Of a DNA stretch of 35,106 nucleotides, positions 26,767 through 35,106 are shown in pieces. The position numbers and the translations under genes are program-made. Source of the stretch: Candidatus Moraniibacteriota bacterium. Lineage in GTDB: Bacteria > Patescibacteriota > Minisyncoccia > Moranbacterales > DUUL01. Within the stretch, counting starts at the first letter, position 1. Every line of letters starts with the position of its first letter. Below the pieces are notes generated by a model that had not been told where the DNA came from, searched no databases, and saw nothing but the letters and a program-made list of their open reading frames with translations. Location: the NCBI GenBank assembly GCA_046497225.1, contig JAWOGA010000060.1, positions 1 through 35,106 of the forward strand, read 5' to 3'.

Positions 26767-29439
26767 ATGAGAAAAAAACAAGAGCTTTCTAAAAACTACA
26801 ACTCCAAGGAGTACGAAGAAGATATTTATAAAAAATGGAAAGAAGGCGGCAATTTTAAGCCGGAAAATTTAGACTTGCCTAAAGATGCCGAGAATTATAC
26901 CATTGTTCTTCCTCCTCCCAATATTACAGACCGACTTCATTTGGGGCATTCTTCTATGCTGGCGATTGAAGACTTGATGATTAGATTTCACCGAATGAAG
27001 GGATTCAGAACTCTCTGGATTCCCGGTACTGATCATGCGGCTATCGCTACTCAAAATGTAGTAGAGAAAAAACTTTTGAAAGAAGAGGGTTTGACACGCC
27101 ACGACTTGGGAAGAGAAAAATTTCTTGAAAAAGTATGGGAGTTTTTGAATGAAACGCAAGCTACTATTTTGAAACAAACCAAAAGAATGGGCGCGAGTTT
27201 AGATTGGTCCAGAAATGCTTTTACTTTGGATAAACAAAGAGAAAAAGCGGTTAGAAAAATGTTTGTGGATATGTACAACGCCGGCGTAATTTACAGAGGG
27301 GAGAGAATTGTTAATTGGTGTCCTCGCTGTCATTCAACCTTGGCTGATGATGAAATTGAATACAAATCTCAAAATGCTAAGCTTTATACTTTTAAATACG
27401 ATAAAGACTTCCCTATTTCCATTTCTACGACTCGTCCGGAGACTAAGCTTGGAGACACAGCCGTAGCGGTTAATCCCGAAGACAAACGCTATAAAAAATA
27501 TATTGGAAAAACTTATAAAGCTAATCTTTGCGGGATTGGGCTTGATATCAAAATAATTGCCGATAAATCCATCGATATGGAGTTCGGAACCGGGGCGCTT
27601 GGTGTGACCCCCGCCCATTCTATGGTTGATTGGCAAATGGCTCAGACAAACGACTTGCCGATTAAGAAAGTTATCAACGAAGACGGGAATATTTATCCTG
27701 AATTTGGAGAATTTGGAGGGAAAACGGCAAATGAGGCAAGAAAGGCAATCGTTGATTATCTGAAGAAAAATAATCTGCTGGAAGAAGAAGAGGAAATTGA
27801 AAATAATTTATCTGTTTGCTACCGGTGCGACACCCCTATTGAGCCGCTCCCATCCAAGCAATGGTTTATTTCGGTGGATAAAAAACTGGATTTTCTTGGC
27901 GGAAAATCTTTGAAAGAAAAAGGATTGGAAGTTGCAAAAAACAACGAAATTGAATTTATCCCGGATAGATTTTACAAAAAATACACTCACTGGATGGAAA
28001 ATCTTCACGATTGGTGTATTTCCAGGCAGATTTGGTTTGGGCACAGGATTCCGGTTTGGTATAAAAAAGAGAATCAAGGGGCAATAATCAAGGGGCAAGG
28101 CGAAATTTATGTTAGCGAAAAAATGCCTAAAGAAGATGGCTGGGTTCAGGATCCGGATACGCTGGACACTTGGTTTTCTTCGGGAATGTGGACTTTTTCC
28201 ACTCTTGGCTGGCCGGATAATTATAAGAATGATGAAAAAACCGGGGATTTGGCAAAATTCCATCCCACTCAAGTATTGGAAACCGGTTATGAGATTCTTA
28301 CTCTCTGGGTTTCCAGGATGATTATGATGTCTTTGTTTGCCTTGCGGGAAATTCCTTTTGAAAAGGTTTATTTGCATGGAATGGTGCTGGACAAGGAGGG
28401 TAAAAAAATGAGTAAATCCAAAGGAAACGGCATTGATCCGGTGGAGATGATTGAAAAATATGGAGCGGATGCGGTTCGGCTTTCCCTGTTGATTGGAAGC
28501 ACGCCGGGAAATGATATTAGAATGTCGGAAGAGAAAATCGAAGGATTTAGAAATTTTGTTAACAAGCTTTGGAATATCGCCAGATTTGTAATGCAAAATG
28601 ATTTGAATCAAGAAAGTATAAAAGAACAAGATTGCAGTTTGGCCGATAAATGGATTTTAAGCAAAATGCATGATTTGGTAGAAGAAACCAGTAAAGATTT
28701 GGAAAATTATAGGTTTTCCCAAGCGGGGGAAAGATTGAGAGAGTTTACCTGGGGGGAGTTTGCCGATTGGTATTTAGAGGTAGGCAAGGTTGAAAAAAAT
28801 CAAACCAAAAACAGGATTATGTATCATATTTTAAGCGATTTATTAAAACTTTGGCATCCTTTTATTCCTTTTGTTACCGAAGCAATTTGGCAAAACCTGG
28901 AGCCGGACAGCAAGAGATTGATTGTTCAAGAATGGCCTAAAAAGGATAAATATCAAGTCTTTAAAGATCAGGGCAAGGAATTTGAAATTATTAAATCCGC
29001 CATTTCTGTTATCAGAAGAGGAAGATCTCAATATAATCTACCCCCTAAACAAGAAATAAAAGTTATTATTTACAGTCAAAATCATAGAGATTTGATTTTA
29101 GAAAATGCTGATATTATAAAAAATTTGCAGACAAATATTAAAAGCTTGAATGTTGAAAAACAAGGAGAAAAAATTACCCAAGCTTTTTATGAGAATATTG
29201 GGAATTTAGAAGTTTATATTCCATTAAAAGGAATTGTTGATATTGATAAAGAAAAAGAGAGACTAAAAAAAGAATTAGAAAAAACAAACAATTTTTCAAA
29301 AAGCTTAGAAAATAAACTTTCCAATAAAAAATTCACGCAAAATGCTCCTCAAGAAATTATTGAGAAAGAAAAAGAAAAATACAAACAACAACAATTTAAA
29401 TTAAAAGAATTAAAAGATCAAATTAAGAATCTTGAGTAA
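26767..29439 (+). CDS. valS: Valine--tRNA ligase
   Basis: PPPNIT, HLGH, GTDHAAIATQ, DWCISRQIWFGH, DTWFSS, KMSKS, C-terminal coiled coil. Confidence 0.98.
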   Translation: MRKKQELSKNYNSKEYEEDIYKKWKEGGNFKPENLDLPKDAENYTIVLPPPNITDRLHLGHSSMLAIEDLMIRFHRMKGFRTLWIPGTDHAAIATQNVVEKKLLKEEGLTRHDLGREKFLEKVWEFLNETQATILKQTKRMGASLDWSRNAFTLDKQREKAVRKMFVDMYNAGVIYRGERIVNWCPRCHSTLADDEIEYKSQNAKLYTFKYDKDFPISISTTRPETKLGDTAVAVNPEDKRYKKYIGKTYKANLCGIGLDIKIIADKSIDMEFGTGALGVTPAHSMVDWQMAQTNDLPIKKVINEDGNIYPEFGEFGGKTANEARKAIVDYLKKNNLLEEEEEIENNLSVCYRCDTPIEPLPSKQWFISVDKKLDFLGGKSLKEKGLEVAKNNEIEFIPDRFYKKYTHWMENLHDWCISRQIWFGHRIPVWYKKENQGAIIKGQGEIYVSEKMPKEDGWVQDPDTLDTWFSSGMWTFSTLGWPDNYKNDEKTGDLAKFHPTQVLETGYEILTLWVSRMIMMSLFALREIPFEKVYLHGMVLDKEGKKMSKSKGNGIDPVEMIEKYGADAVRLSLLIGSTPGNDIRMSEEKIEGFRNFVNKLWNIARFVMQNDLNQESIKEQDCSLADKWILSKMHDLVEETSKDLENYRFSQAGERLREFTWGEFADWYLEVGKVEKNQTKNRIMYHILSDLLKLWHPFIPFVTEAIWQNLEPDSKRLIVQEWPKKDKYQVFKDQGKEFEIIKSAISVIRRGRSQYNLPPKQEIKVIIYSQNHRDLILENADIIKNLQTNIKSLNVEKQGEKITQAFYENIGNLEVYIPLKGIVDIDKEKERLKKELEKTNNFSKSLENKLSNKKFTQNAPQEIIEKEKEKYKQQQFKLKELKDQIKNLE

Positions 29440-29938
29440 ATATATAATACAATTGGCGACATTTTTTTCAGCTGGCCTTTTGACAGCCTTTTTGTCTTTG
29501 ATTTTTTCTATCTTTTTAATTCCCATTGTGGAAAACGTTCATTTTTATTTGAAAAATGTTGACTTAATTTTGTTATTCGGAGTTTTAATAGAAGAGTTTT
29601 CCAGGTTAATTGTTTTTTATTTCTTGATTTCATTTTTGGATAGAACCAGATTAAGTTTTTCTTTGATCTGTTTTTCGGTAGCGGGAATTGGGTTTGCCGT
29701 CTTTGAATACATTCTAGTTAATTTAGGTTTCTACGGTTTGGATTTCAAAGATAATCTTTTAAGTTACTTCCCTGCCTTATTGATTCATATAATTAATTCA
29801 GTTATAATCGGAATGGGCTTACTTGCAGCAAGGAAAAAACAAAACAAAATTTTCTTTATTGTGCCCTTGATTTTTACCTTGTTCAGTGTGATAATTCATT
29901 TAGTGTTTAATATGCTTGCAGTTATTTACAATTTGTGA
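29432..29938 (+). CDS. PrsW-like intramembrane glutamic protease family protein
   Basis: 5-6 TM helices; IEEFSR, GIGFAVFE, H..N, IHLVFN; TTG start overlaps the valS stop. Confidence 0.65.
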   Translation: MSKYIIQLATFFSAGLLTAFLSLIFSIFLIPIVENVHFYLKNVDLILLFGVLIEEFSRLIVFYFLISFLDRTRLSFSLICFSVAGIGFAVFEYILVNLGFYGLDFKDNLLSYFPALLIHIINSVIIGMGLLAARKKQNKIFFIVPLIFTLFSVIIHLVFNMLAVIYNL

Positions 29939-29981
29939 TAACTTATAAATATAATAATTTAAAAATTAAAAAATAAATTTT

Positions 29982-30626
29982 ATGCCAAAACAAAAGAAGT
30001 CTTTTTTCGAAAAACTTACCGGCATTCAAAAAGTTGATGAAGACGATGAAGAGATTCAAGTAACCAACAACCCCGCCTCTTTTGCTGATCGAGAAGAATT
30101 TGAGGAAGATCAGGAAGAAATGTATGAATTTCCTGAAGATGGCGAAGATGAAACTCAGGAGCAGTATGATGATTTTCAGGAAAGTGATTTTGAGGATGAA
30201 TACGAAGATGACTATGAAGAAGAGCCTCCAAAAAAGCAACGAGAGCCGGTAAATAAAGCCCCTGTTGCGTCCGAAGATGAAAATCAAGCAGATTCAGAGG
30301 GTCAATTAACCATAGATGTTTATCAAAACGATAGAGAAATTGTAATAAAATCAACTATAGCCGGAGTTAAACCAGAAGATTTGGATGTCAATATCAATGA
30401 TGAAATGGTTACTATTAAAGGAAAAAGGGATCAGGGAGAAGAGGTTGATCCGGAGAATTATTATTACCAGGAATGTTATTGGGGACCTTTCTCCAGAACT
30501 ATCATTCTTCCGGTGGAAATAGTAACTGATAAAGCCGAGGCGTTAATGAAGAATGGTATTTTAACCATAAAATTACCTAAGGCCGAATCTACCAAAACCA
30601 GGAAGCTTCAAGTTAGAGGATTTTAA
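29982..30626 (+). CDS. Hsp20/alpha-crystallin small heat-shock protein with long acidic N-terminus
   Basis: IDVYQ, IAGVKPEDLDV, VTIKGKR, GPFSRTIILP, A.MKNGILTIKLPK. Confidence 0.92.
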   Translation: MPKQKKSFFEKLTGIQKVDEDDEEIQVTNNPASFADREEFEEDQEEMYEFPEDGEDETQEQYDDFQESDFEDEYEDDYEEEPPKKQREPVNKAPVASEDENQADSEGQLTIDVYQNDREIVIKSTIAGVKPEDLDVNINDEMVTIKGKRDQGEEVDPENYYYQECYWGPFSRTIILPVEIVTDKAEALMKNGILTIKLPKAESTKTRKLQVRGF

Positions 30627-30658
30627 CAAAAACCAGGAAGTTTCAAGCAAGATTATAG

Positions 30659-30690
30659 ACTAAAACCGGCTTAGCGCTGGTTTTAGTTTT
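30659..30690 (+). terminator. Intrinsic terminator
   Basis: ACTAAAACCGGC-ttagc-GCTGGTTTTAGT-TTT. Confidence 0.75.
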
Positions 30691-30750
30691 ATCTAAAAAA
30701 TATTTAGTAAGATTTATTGTAAAGTTATTGCGATTGTAATAAGCAGATAT

Positions 30751-32118
30751 ATGAAGGTAGTGTTCACTAAAAAAGAAAAATTATTTTTGCTGATTTTTTT
30801 AACCTCAGCAGCTTTTTCGGGGCTAAGTAGTTCTTCTTTGGCTGAGGAGGAATTGGATTATTTGGGAAATTATAACAACAAAGATCTTCAAACTATTATT
30901 GAAAAGCCTTTTTATTTGTATAGCGAAAATAAAGATTCCCCAATTTTATTTTATCTGAAGGACTTTATAGATTGGCAATACTCCCTGAAAAAAGATTTTG
31001 ATTATGTCTCAGAAATCGAAAATCCTTTTTATTGTGGCGAACAGGCCAAAAATGAACCTTTTTGTTTTATATCGGAAACCTTTGAACAAAAAGTTCACTA
31101 CAAAAAAATCAACAAGATATCTTTAAAAAAACAAGAAACAAAAGAATACTTGCAAAATATTTCCAGTGATATTAACAGAGAGCCTAAAAATGGAAAATTC
31201 GAGTTTGTAAAAGATGATAAAAAATTGAAAGTTTTAGAAAAAAGCAAAAAGGGCATTGCCCTAAAAGTAGATAAAAGCTATAAAAAAATAAAAAATAACC
31301 TTGTTGAAAATAGCGAAACTTCTTATATTCCTTTAGAGGTGAGCCTCCAGGAGCCGGATATATCAACCCAGAATCCGGAAAAGTATGAAATCAAAAAAGA
31401 GATGGGTGAGGGAGAATCTGGTTTTCATGGCTCCACCGATACCAGGGTTCACAACATTAAAACAGCAGCTTCCAGGTTTCACGGCTTGGTTTTGAAACCG
31501 GGAGAGGTTCTTTCTTTTGTTGAAACTCTAGGTGAAGTTAATGAAAAAACCGGATATGAGGAAGAACTTGTTATTAAAAAGAATAAAACGGTGCCGGAGT
31601 TTGGGGGAGGTATTTGCCAAGTTTCAACGACAATGTTTAGAGCCGGATTGAATGCAGGTTTGGAAATTACGGAAAGGCATAATCATTCTTACCCCGTTCA
31701 CTACTATGACCCGCCCGGCACTGATGCTACTGTTTATATCCCAAAGCCTGATTTGAAAATAAAAAACACCACTGACAATTATTTGCTTATTCAAACTGAA
31801 ATGGAAGAGCAAGACGAAGAATTTTTTATTTATTTTTATTCCAAGGATGATCCTTATGAAGTTGAAATTATTGGCCCCGAAGTAACAGAAAGAACTCCGG
31901 AGGGAAGAATTCGTACTAAACTAGAACAGGTAGTTAAAAATAAAAACGGAGAAGAAATAAGAAAGGATGTTTTCAAGAGTTTTTATGACAACCCTGATAA
32001 CTATCCCAATCCGGATGATATTTTTACTGAAAAACCGGAGGATTGGTCTAATAAAGAGTGGGGAGAATATTATGAGAAGTTCGGTCCGATGATTGAGCAA
32101 TTAAAAAAGGAGGATTAG
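30751..32118 (+). CDS. VanW family exported protein
   Basis: Signal peptide; RVHNI, KPGEVLSF...LG, GGGICQVSTTMFRA, ERHNHSY, GTDATV, DLKIKN. Confidence 0.9.
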   Translation: MKVVFTKKEKLFLLIFLTSAAFSGLSSSSLAEEELDYLGNYNNKDLQTIIEKPFYLYSENKDSPILFYLKDFIDWQYSLKKDFDYVSEIENPFYCGEQAKNEPFCFISETFEQKVHYKKINKISLKKQETKEYLQNISSDINREPKNGKFEFVKDDKKLKVLEKSKKGIALKVDKSYKKIKNNLVENSETSYIPLEVSLQEPDISTQNPEKYEIKKEMGEGESGFHGSTDTRVHNIKTAASRFHGLVLKPGEVLSFVETLGEVNEKTGYEEELVIKKNKTVPEFGGGICQVSTTMFRAGLNAGLEITERHNHSYPVHYYDPPGTDATVYIPKPDLKIKNTTDNYLLIQTEMEEQDEEFFIYFYSKDDPYEVEIIGPEVTERTPEGRIRTKLEQVVKNKNGEEIRKDVFKSFYDNPDNYPNPDDIFTEKPEDWSNKEWGEYYEKFGPMIEQLKKED

Positions 32119-32161
32119 AAAATCTAATTAGCCAGGAATTGCTATTGTTGTCTAAAAATTT

Positions 32162-34084
32162 TTATTTTTTCAGAACCTCCAAAAATGCTTTTTGTGGAAT
32201 ATCCACTTTTCCGGATTGAACCATCTTTTTCTTTCCCTTCTTTTGTTTTTCCAAGAGTTTTCTTTTTCTGGTTACGTCTCCTCCATAGAGCTTGGCGGTA
32301 ACGTCTTTTCTGAAGGCTTTAATATTTTCCCTGGCGAGGAAATTACTACCCACGGCAGCTTGAAGCTTTATCTGAAAATTTTGTCTCGGGATAACATCTT
32401 TTAATTTTTTTACAATTTTTCTGCCCTCGGCTTGGGCATTTTTTTGGTGGACTACTTGAGAAAATGAATCAACCCTCTCTTCTGCTACATAGATATCCAA
32501 CCTAACTAAATCTGCCGGGCGATAATCGGTTATTTCGTAACTGAAAGAGGCAAAACCGCTGGTTGCCGATTTAATGTTATCATGAAGATTGATAACGATG
32601 TCGGCCAAGGGCGCGTCAAATATTAAATTAACTCTATCTTCATCCAGATAATCAGTAGAAAGGTAATTGGCTCTGGTGGTGGATTGAGTTACTTCCATAA
32701 TGTCTCCGATAAATCTGGCGGGTGTTATTATTTCCAGTTTTGCTCTAGGCTCCCTTGTTTCTTGAATTTCTGTTTTATCCGGCATTTCCGAAGCCGAGTA
32801 TATTTTTTGGATTTTTCCGTCTGTTTTTTCAATTTCATAAACTACACTGGGCGTGGTTATAACCGGAGAAAAGCCAAATTCTCTGGAAAGCCTTTCTTTG
32901 ACTATCTCCAGATGTAACACTCCCAAGAAACCTATCCTAAAGCCTCTTCCTAGAGCTGGTGAGCTCTCGCCTTCAAAGTCTAATGCGGAATCGTTTAACT
33001 TTAATTTTTCTAAAGCATCTCTGAATTGATTGTAGTCTTCTCCTTCAGCCGGGTAAAAGCTGGCGTACATCATTGGCCGAATTTCTCGGTACCCCTCGAG
33101 AGCTTTGACTGGATTTTGATTGTTTTCATTTAGCATTTGATTTCTAGCATTTGAGTTTTTCGTAATAGTGTCTCCCACCTTGCATTGCTCCACGCTTTTT
33201 AGCCCGGTAGCTATATAACCAATTTCCCCCGTCTCTAATCCTCCTGTGGATTTAAGATCCGGAGAGAACTTCCCTACTTCTATAGCATGCGCCTCTTTTC
33301 TCCCTCTCATTAAATAAATTTTATCCTCTCTTTTAATTGATCCGTCAAAAATTCTTACAAAAGCCAAAACTCCTTTGTAAGAATCATATTTAGAATCAAA
33401 GATCAAGGCTCTTAGTGGAGCATTTTTAATGATTTTTGGCGCAGGAATCCTTTCTACTATGGCGTTCATTATATCCTCAACCCCTTCCCCGCTCTTTCCG
33501 CTAGCCAAAATTATTTCCTCTTCTTTGCAGCCCAAAAGATTTTTTAATTCGGTTTTAGTTTTTTCCACATCAGCATTCGGCAAGTCAATCTTGTTTACTA
33601 CCGGTATTATTTCCAGATCTTGCTCTAGAGCCTGGTATAAATTGGCTAAAGTTTGAGCTTGAATTCCTTGAGTACAGTCTACCAGTAAAATTGCTCCTTC
33701 CACTGCCTTCAAGGAACGAGAGACTTCATAGCCGAAATCAACATGCCCGGGAGTATCTATCAAATTGAGAGTGTAGCTCTCAATTTCGAATGAGCTTGCA
33801 ATGCCTGCATTTCTATTATCTTTCTCTTTAAATTTTTCACTGCCATCTTGATTTTTGATTTTTGATTTTTGATTTTGAATCTCATATTTCATGGTTACCG
33901 GCTGCAACTTGATCGTTATCCCCCTCTCCCTTTCCAAATCCATAGTGTCCAAAAGCTGGTCTTTCATTTTCCGGCCTTCAATGGTTTTAGTCATTTCTAG
34001 CATCCGATCAGCTAGCGTGGACTTGCCGTGATCTATATGAGCGATGATGCAAAAATTTCGAATATAATTGTCTTGCTTGTTCAT
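32162..34084 (-). CDS. lepA: Elongation factor 4 (LepA) with two in-frame insertions
   Basis: IRNFCIIAHIDHGKSTLADR, ERERGITIK, DTPGHVDF, NKID, GFLGVLH, KDVTAKLYGGDVTRKRKLLEKQKKGK. Confidence 0.98.
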   Translation of the reverse strand: MNKQDNYIRNFCIIAHIDHGKSTLADRMLEMTKTIEGRKMKDQLLDTMDLERERGITIKLQPVTMKYEIQNQKSKIKNQDGSEKFKEKDNRNAGIASSFEIESYTLNLIDTPGHVDFGYEVSRSLKAVEGAILLVDCTQGIQAQTLANLYQALEQDLEIIPVVNKIDLPNADVEKTKTELKNLLGCKEEEIILASGKSGEGVEDIMNAIVERIPAPKIIKNAPLRALIFDSKYDSYKGVLAFVRIFDGSIKREDKIYLMRGRKEAHAIEVGKFSPDLKSTGGLETGEIGYIATGLKSVEQCKVGDTITKNSNARNQMLNENNQNPVKALEGYREIRPMMYASFYPAEGEDYNQFRDALEKLKLNDSALDFEGESSPALGRGFRIGFLGVLHLEIVKERLSREFGFSPVITTPSVVYEIEKTDGKIQKIYSASEMPDKTEIQETREPRAKLEIITPARFIGDIMEVTQSTTRANYLSTDYLDEDRVNLIFDAPLADIVINLHDNIKSATSGFASFSYEITDYRPADLVRLDIYVAEERVDSFSQVVHQKNAQAEGRKIVKKLKDVIPRQNFQIKLQAAVGSNFLARENIKAFRKDVTAKLYGGDVTRKRKLLEKQKKGKKKMVQSGKVDIPQKAFLEVLKK

Positions 34085-34326
34085 AAAAATTGTAAATAAT
34101 AGCTTTTTCTCCGCACCTATCTTAAACTATCCCCGATAAATAGTCAATTTTGTTTTATTTGCAAAACAAAACAAACAAGAGCTACTTTACCTTGTTTTTG
34201 CAGTTATATTTAATCTTAGTAAATAATTTTGAGTTTTAAGTTTGTGATTTAAGCTTATTTTAGTCGTCTATTGTTATAAAAATCACTATATTAATTCACA
34301 AGTGTATTTTAAGCAGGAAATCATAA

Positions 34327-34351
34327 ATAAAACCGCCATTTATTGACGGTT
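34327..34351 (-). terminator. Terminator of the tRNA cluster
   Basis: Minus strand AACCGTCA-ataaa-TGGCGGTT-TTAT. Confidence 0.55.
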
Positions 34352-34459
34352 GTTAAACATTACCAGATTTAAACTGATAATTTTCTTTATGCAAAATTTA
34401 TAACATTCAATACTTTAAAACAACTGAACTTGCAATAATTAACTGAATTATCAAGCTTG

Positions 34460-34533
34460 TGGACCGTGCCGGATTCGAACCGGCGGCCTCCTGTGTGCAA
34501 AACAGGTGCTCTAGCCAACTGAGCTAACGGCCC
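34460..34533 (-). tRNA. tRNA-Ala (TGC)
   Basis: GGGCCGTTAGCTCAGTTGG...CCTGTTT-TGC-ACACAGG...GGTTCGAATCC; G3.U70. Confidence 0.96.
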
Positions 34534-34557
34534 TTGAATAACCAAATAACTAAACTG

Positions 34558-34632
34558 TGGACGCTACTGGATTCGAACCAGTGACCTTCTGGGTGTAAAC
34601 CAGACGCTCTAAACCAACTGAGCTAAGCGTCC
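34558..34632 (-). tRNA. tRNA-Val (TAC)
   Basis: GGACGCTTAGCTCAGTTGG...TCTGGTT-TAC-ACCCAGA...GGTTCGAATCC. Confidence 0.96.
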
Positions 34633-34674
34633 AAATAAATTTATATTGCGAATATTACCTGTTGCGAACTCTTG

Positions 34675-34722
34675 TGTGGGAAGTCTTGAGAATTCGGGAT
34701 TATAACCAACTGAACTAATAAC
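34675..34722 (-). pseudogene. Possible degenerate tRNA relic
   Basis: 34703-34719 matches the tRNA-Ile D-arm region 34842-34858 at 16/17; no complete cloverleaf. Confidence 0.4.
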
Positions 34723-34789
34723 TTTAAAGAACAATTAATTTTGAAATTAACAAAAGAAAACAAAATCAAATCACTGAACAATCAGCCTG

Positions 34790-34863
34790 TGGGCGATCCA
34801 GGATTTGAACCTGGGACCTCAACATTATCAGTGTTGCGCTCTAACCAACTGAGCTAATCGCCC
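34790..34863 (-). tRNA. tRNA-Ile (GAT)
   Basis: GGGCGATTAGCTCAGTTGG...CAACACT-GAT-AATGTTG...GGTTCAAATCC. Confidence 0.96.
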
Positions 34864-34931
34864 TTAATAAAATAGCAATAAAATTTTGCTATTGAACTAA
34901 AAAAGAATTGTCACACTAAGCAACAAAAAAC

Positions 34932-34959
34932 ATTATAACAAAAATTTAATTTTTGTCCA
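34932..34959 (-). promoter_or_regulatory. Sigma70 promoter of the tRNA cluster
   Basis: Minus strand TGGACA-16 nt-TATAAT with extended TG. Confidence 0.6.
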
Positions 34960-34982
34960 GAAGAAATAATCATAAATTAATT

Positions 34983-35019
34983 AGGAGAAGCTGATTTTTG
35001 TAAAAAATTAGCTTCTCCT
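34983..35019. terminator. Long hairpin, probable terminator of an upstream unit
   Basis: AGGAGAAGCTGATTTT...AAAATTAGCTTCTCCT. Confidence 0.55.
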
Positions 35020-35106
35020 GAAAAATTATTTAAACCAAAATCCCATAAATAAAGTAAATAATTCTATCTTATGTACTGCTGCTTCAGCAGAGCCTAATTA
35101 TTTTTT

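Noticed and set aside
27808-28629. 273-aa antisense ORF and the other short opposite-strand or alternative-frame ORFs in the track
   Set aside because: Shadow ORFs fully overlapping well-supported genes (valS, gltX, pyrG, lepA etc.) with no recognisable motifs
30591-30658. Diversity-generating retroelement VR/TR pair
   Set aside because: Too short, differences are not confined to adenines, and there is no reverse transcriptase
30751-32118. Vancomycin resistance locus
   Set aside because: A VanW domain alone is widespread, and no vanHAX/vanRS genes are present
33776-33883. Intein or self-splicing intron in lepA
   Set aside because: Only 36 codons, with no intein terminal residues or group I/II core motifs
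34226-34255. Additional heptamer arrays (also 6798-6825 and 16814-16842)
   Set aside because: Periodicity is weak or broken, so they cannot be separated from AT-rich background by eye
1-35106. Alternative genetic code (UGA=Gly, code 25)
   Set aside because: Conserved genes are full length under code 11 and several ORFs end naturally in TGA (for example 1715 and 29938)

Overview
AT-rich bacterial chromosomal segment, most consistent with a Patescibacteria/CPR (Parcubacteria-like) genome. This is an inference from the GYAW..IGWI.F surface-repeat protein, archaeal-type PyrH, the general lack of Shine-Dalgarno motifs, the presence of L9 and TGA used as stop. It is mainly housekeeping: gltX, pyrH, rpmA, pyrG, rplI, trxB-trxA, uppS plus a polyprenyl synthase, rpmE-prfA-prmC-smpB-ssrA, infC-rpmI-rplT, valS, lepA and four tRNAs (Glu-CTC, Ile-GAT, Val-TAC, Ala-TGC). 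Envelope proteins (M23, coiled-coil C39-like, CAP, O-antigen ligase-like, VanW, PrsW-like) and a solo Fe-S PD-(D/E)XK nuclease are interspersed. No CRISPR array, transposase or integrase is visible. The most unusual signal is a family of degenerate 7-bp-period arrays. They sit at gene ends, often as inverted pairs, and one pair brackets prmC-smpB with 23/24 complementarity. They also appear as in-frame insertions inside lepA (twice) and valS. Other notable items are a symmetric dif-like Xer site, a 45-bp direct-repeat/rod-hairpin module after tmRNA, a long tmRNA tag, perfect 28-30 bp palindromes, a structured rpmA leader and a tRNA relic.
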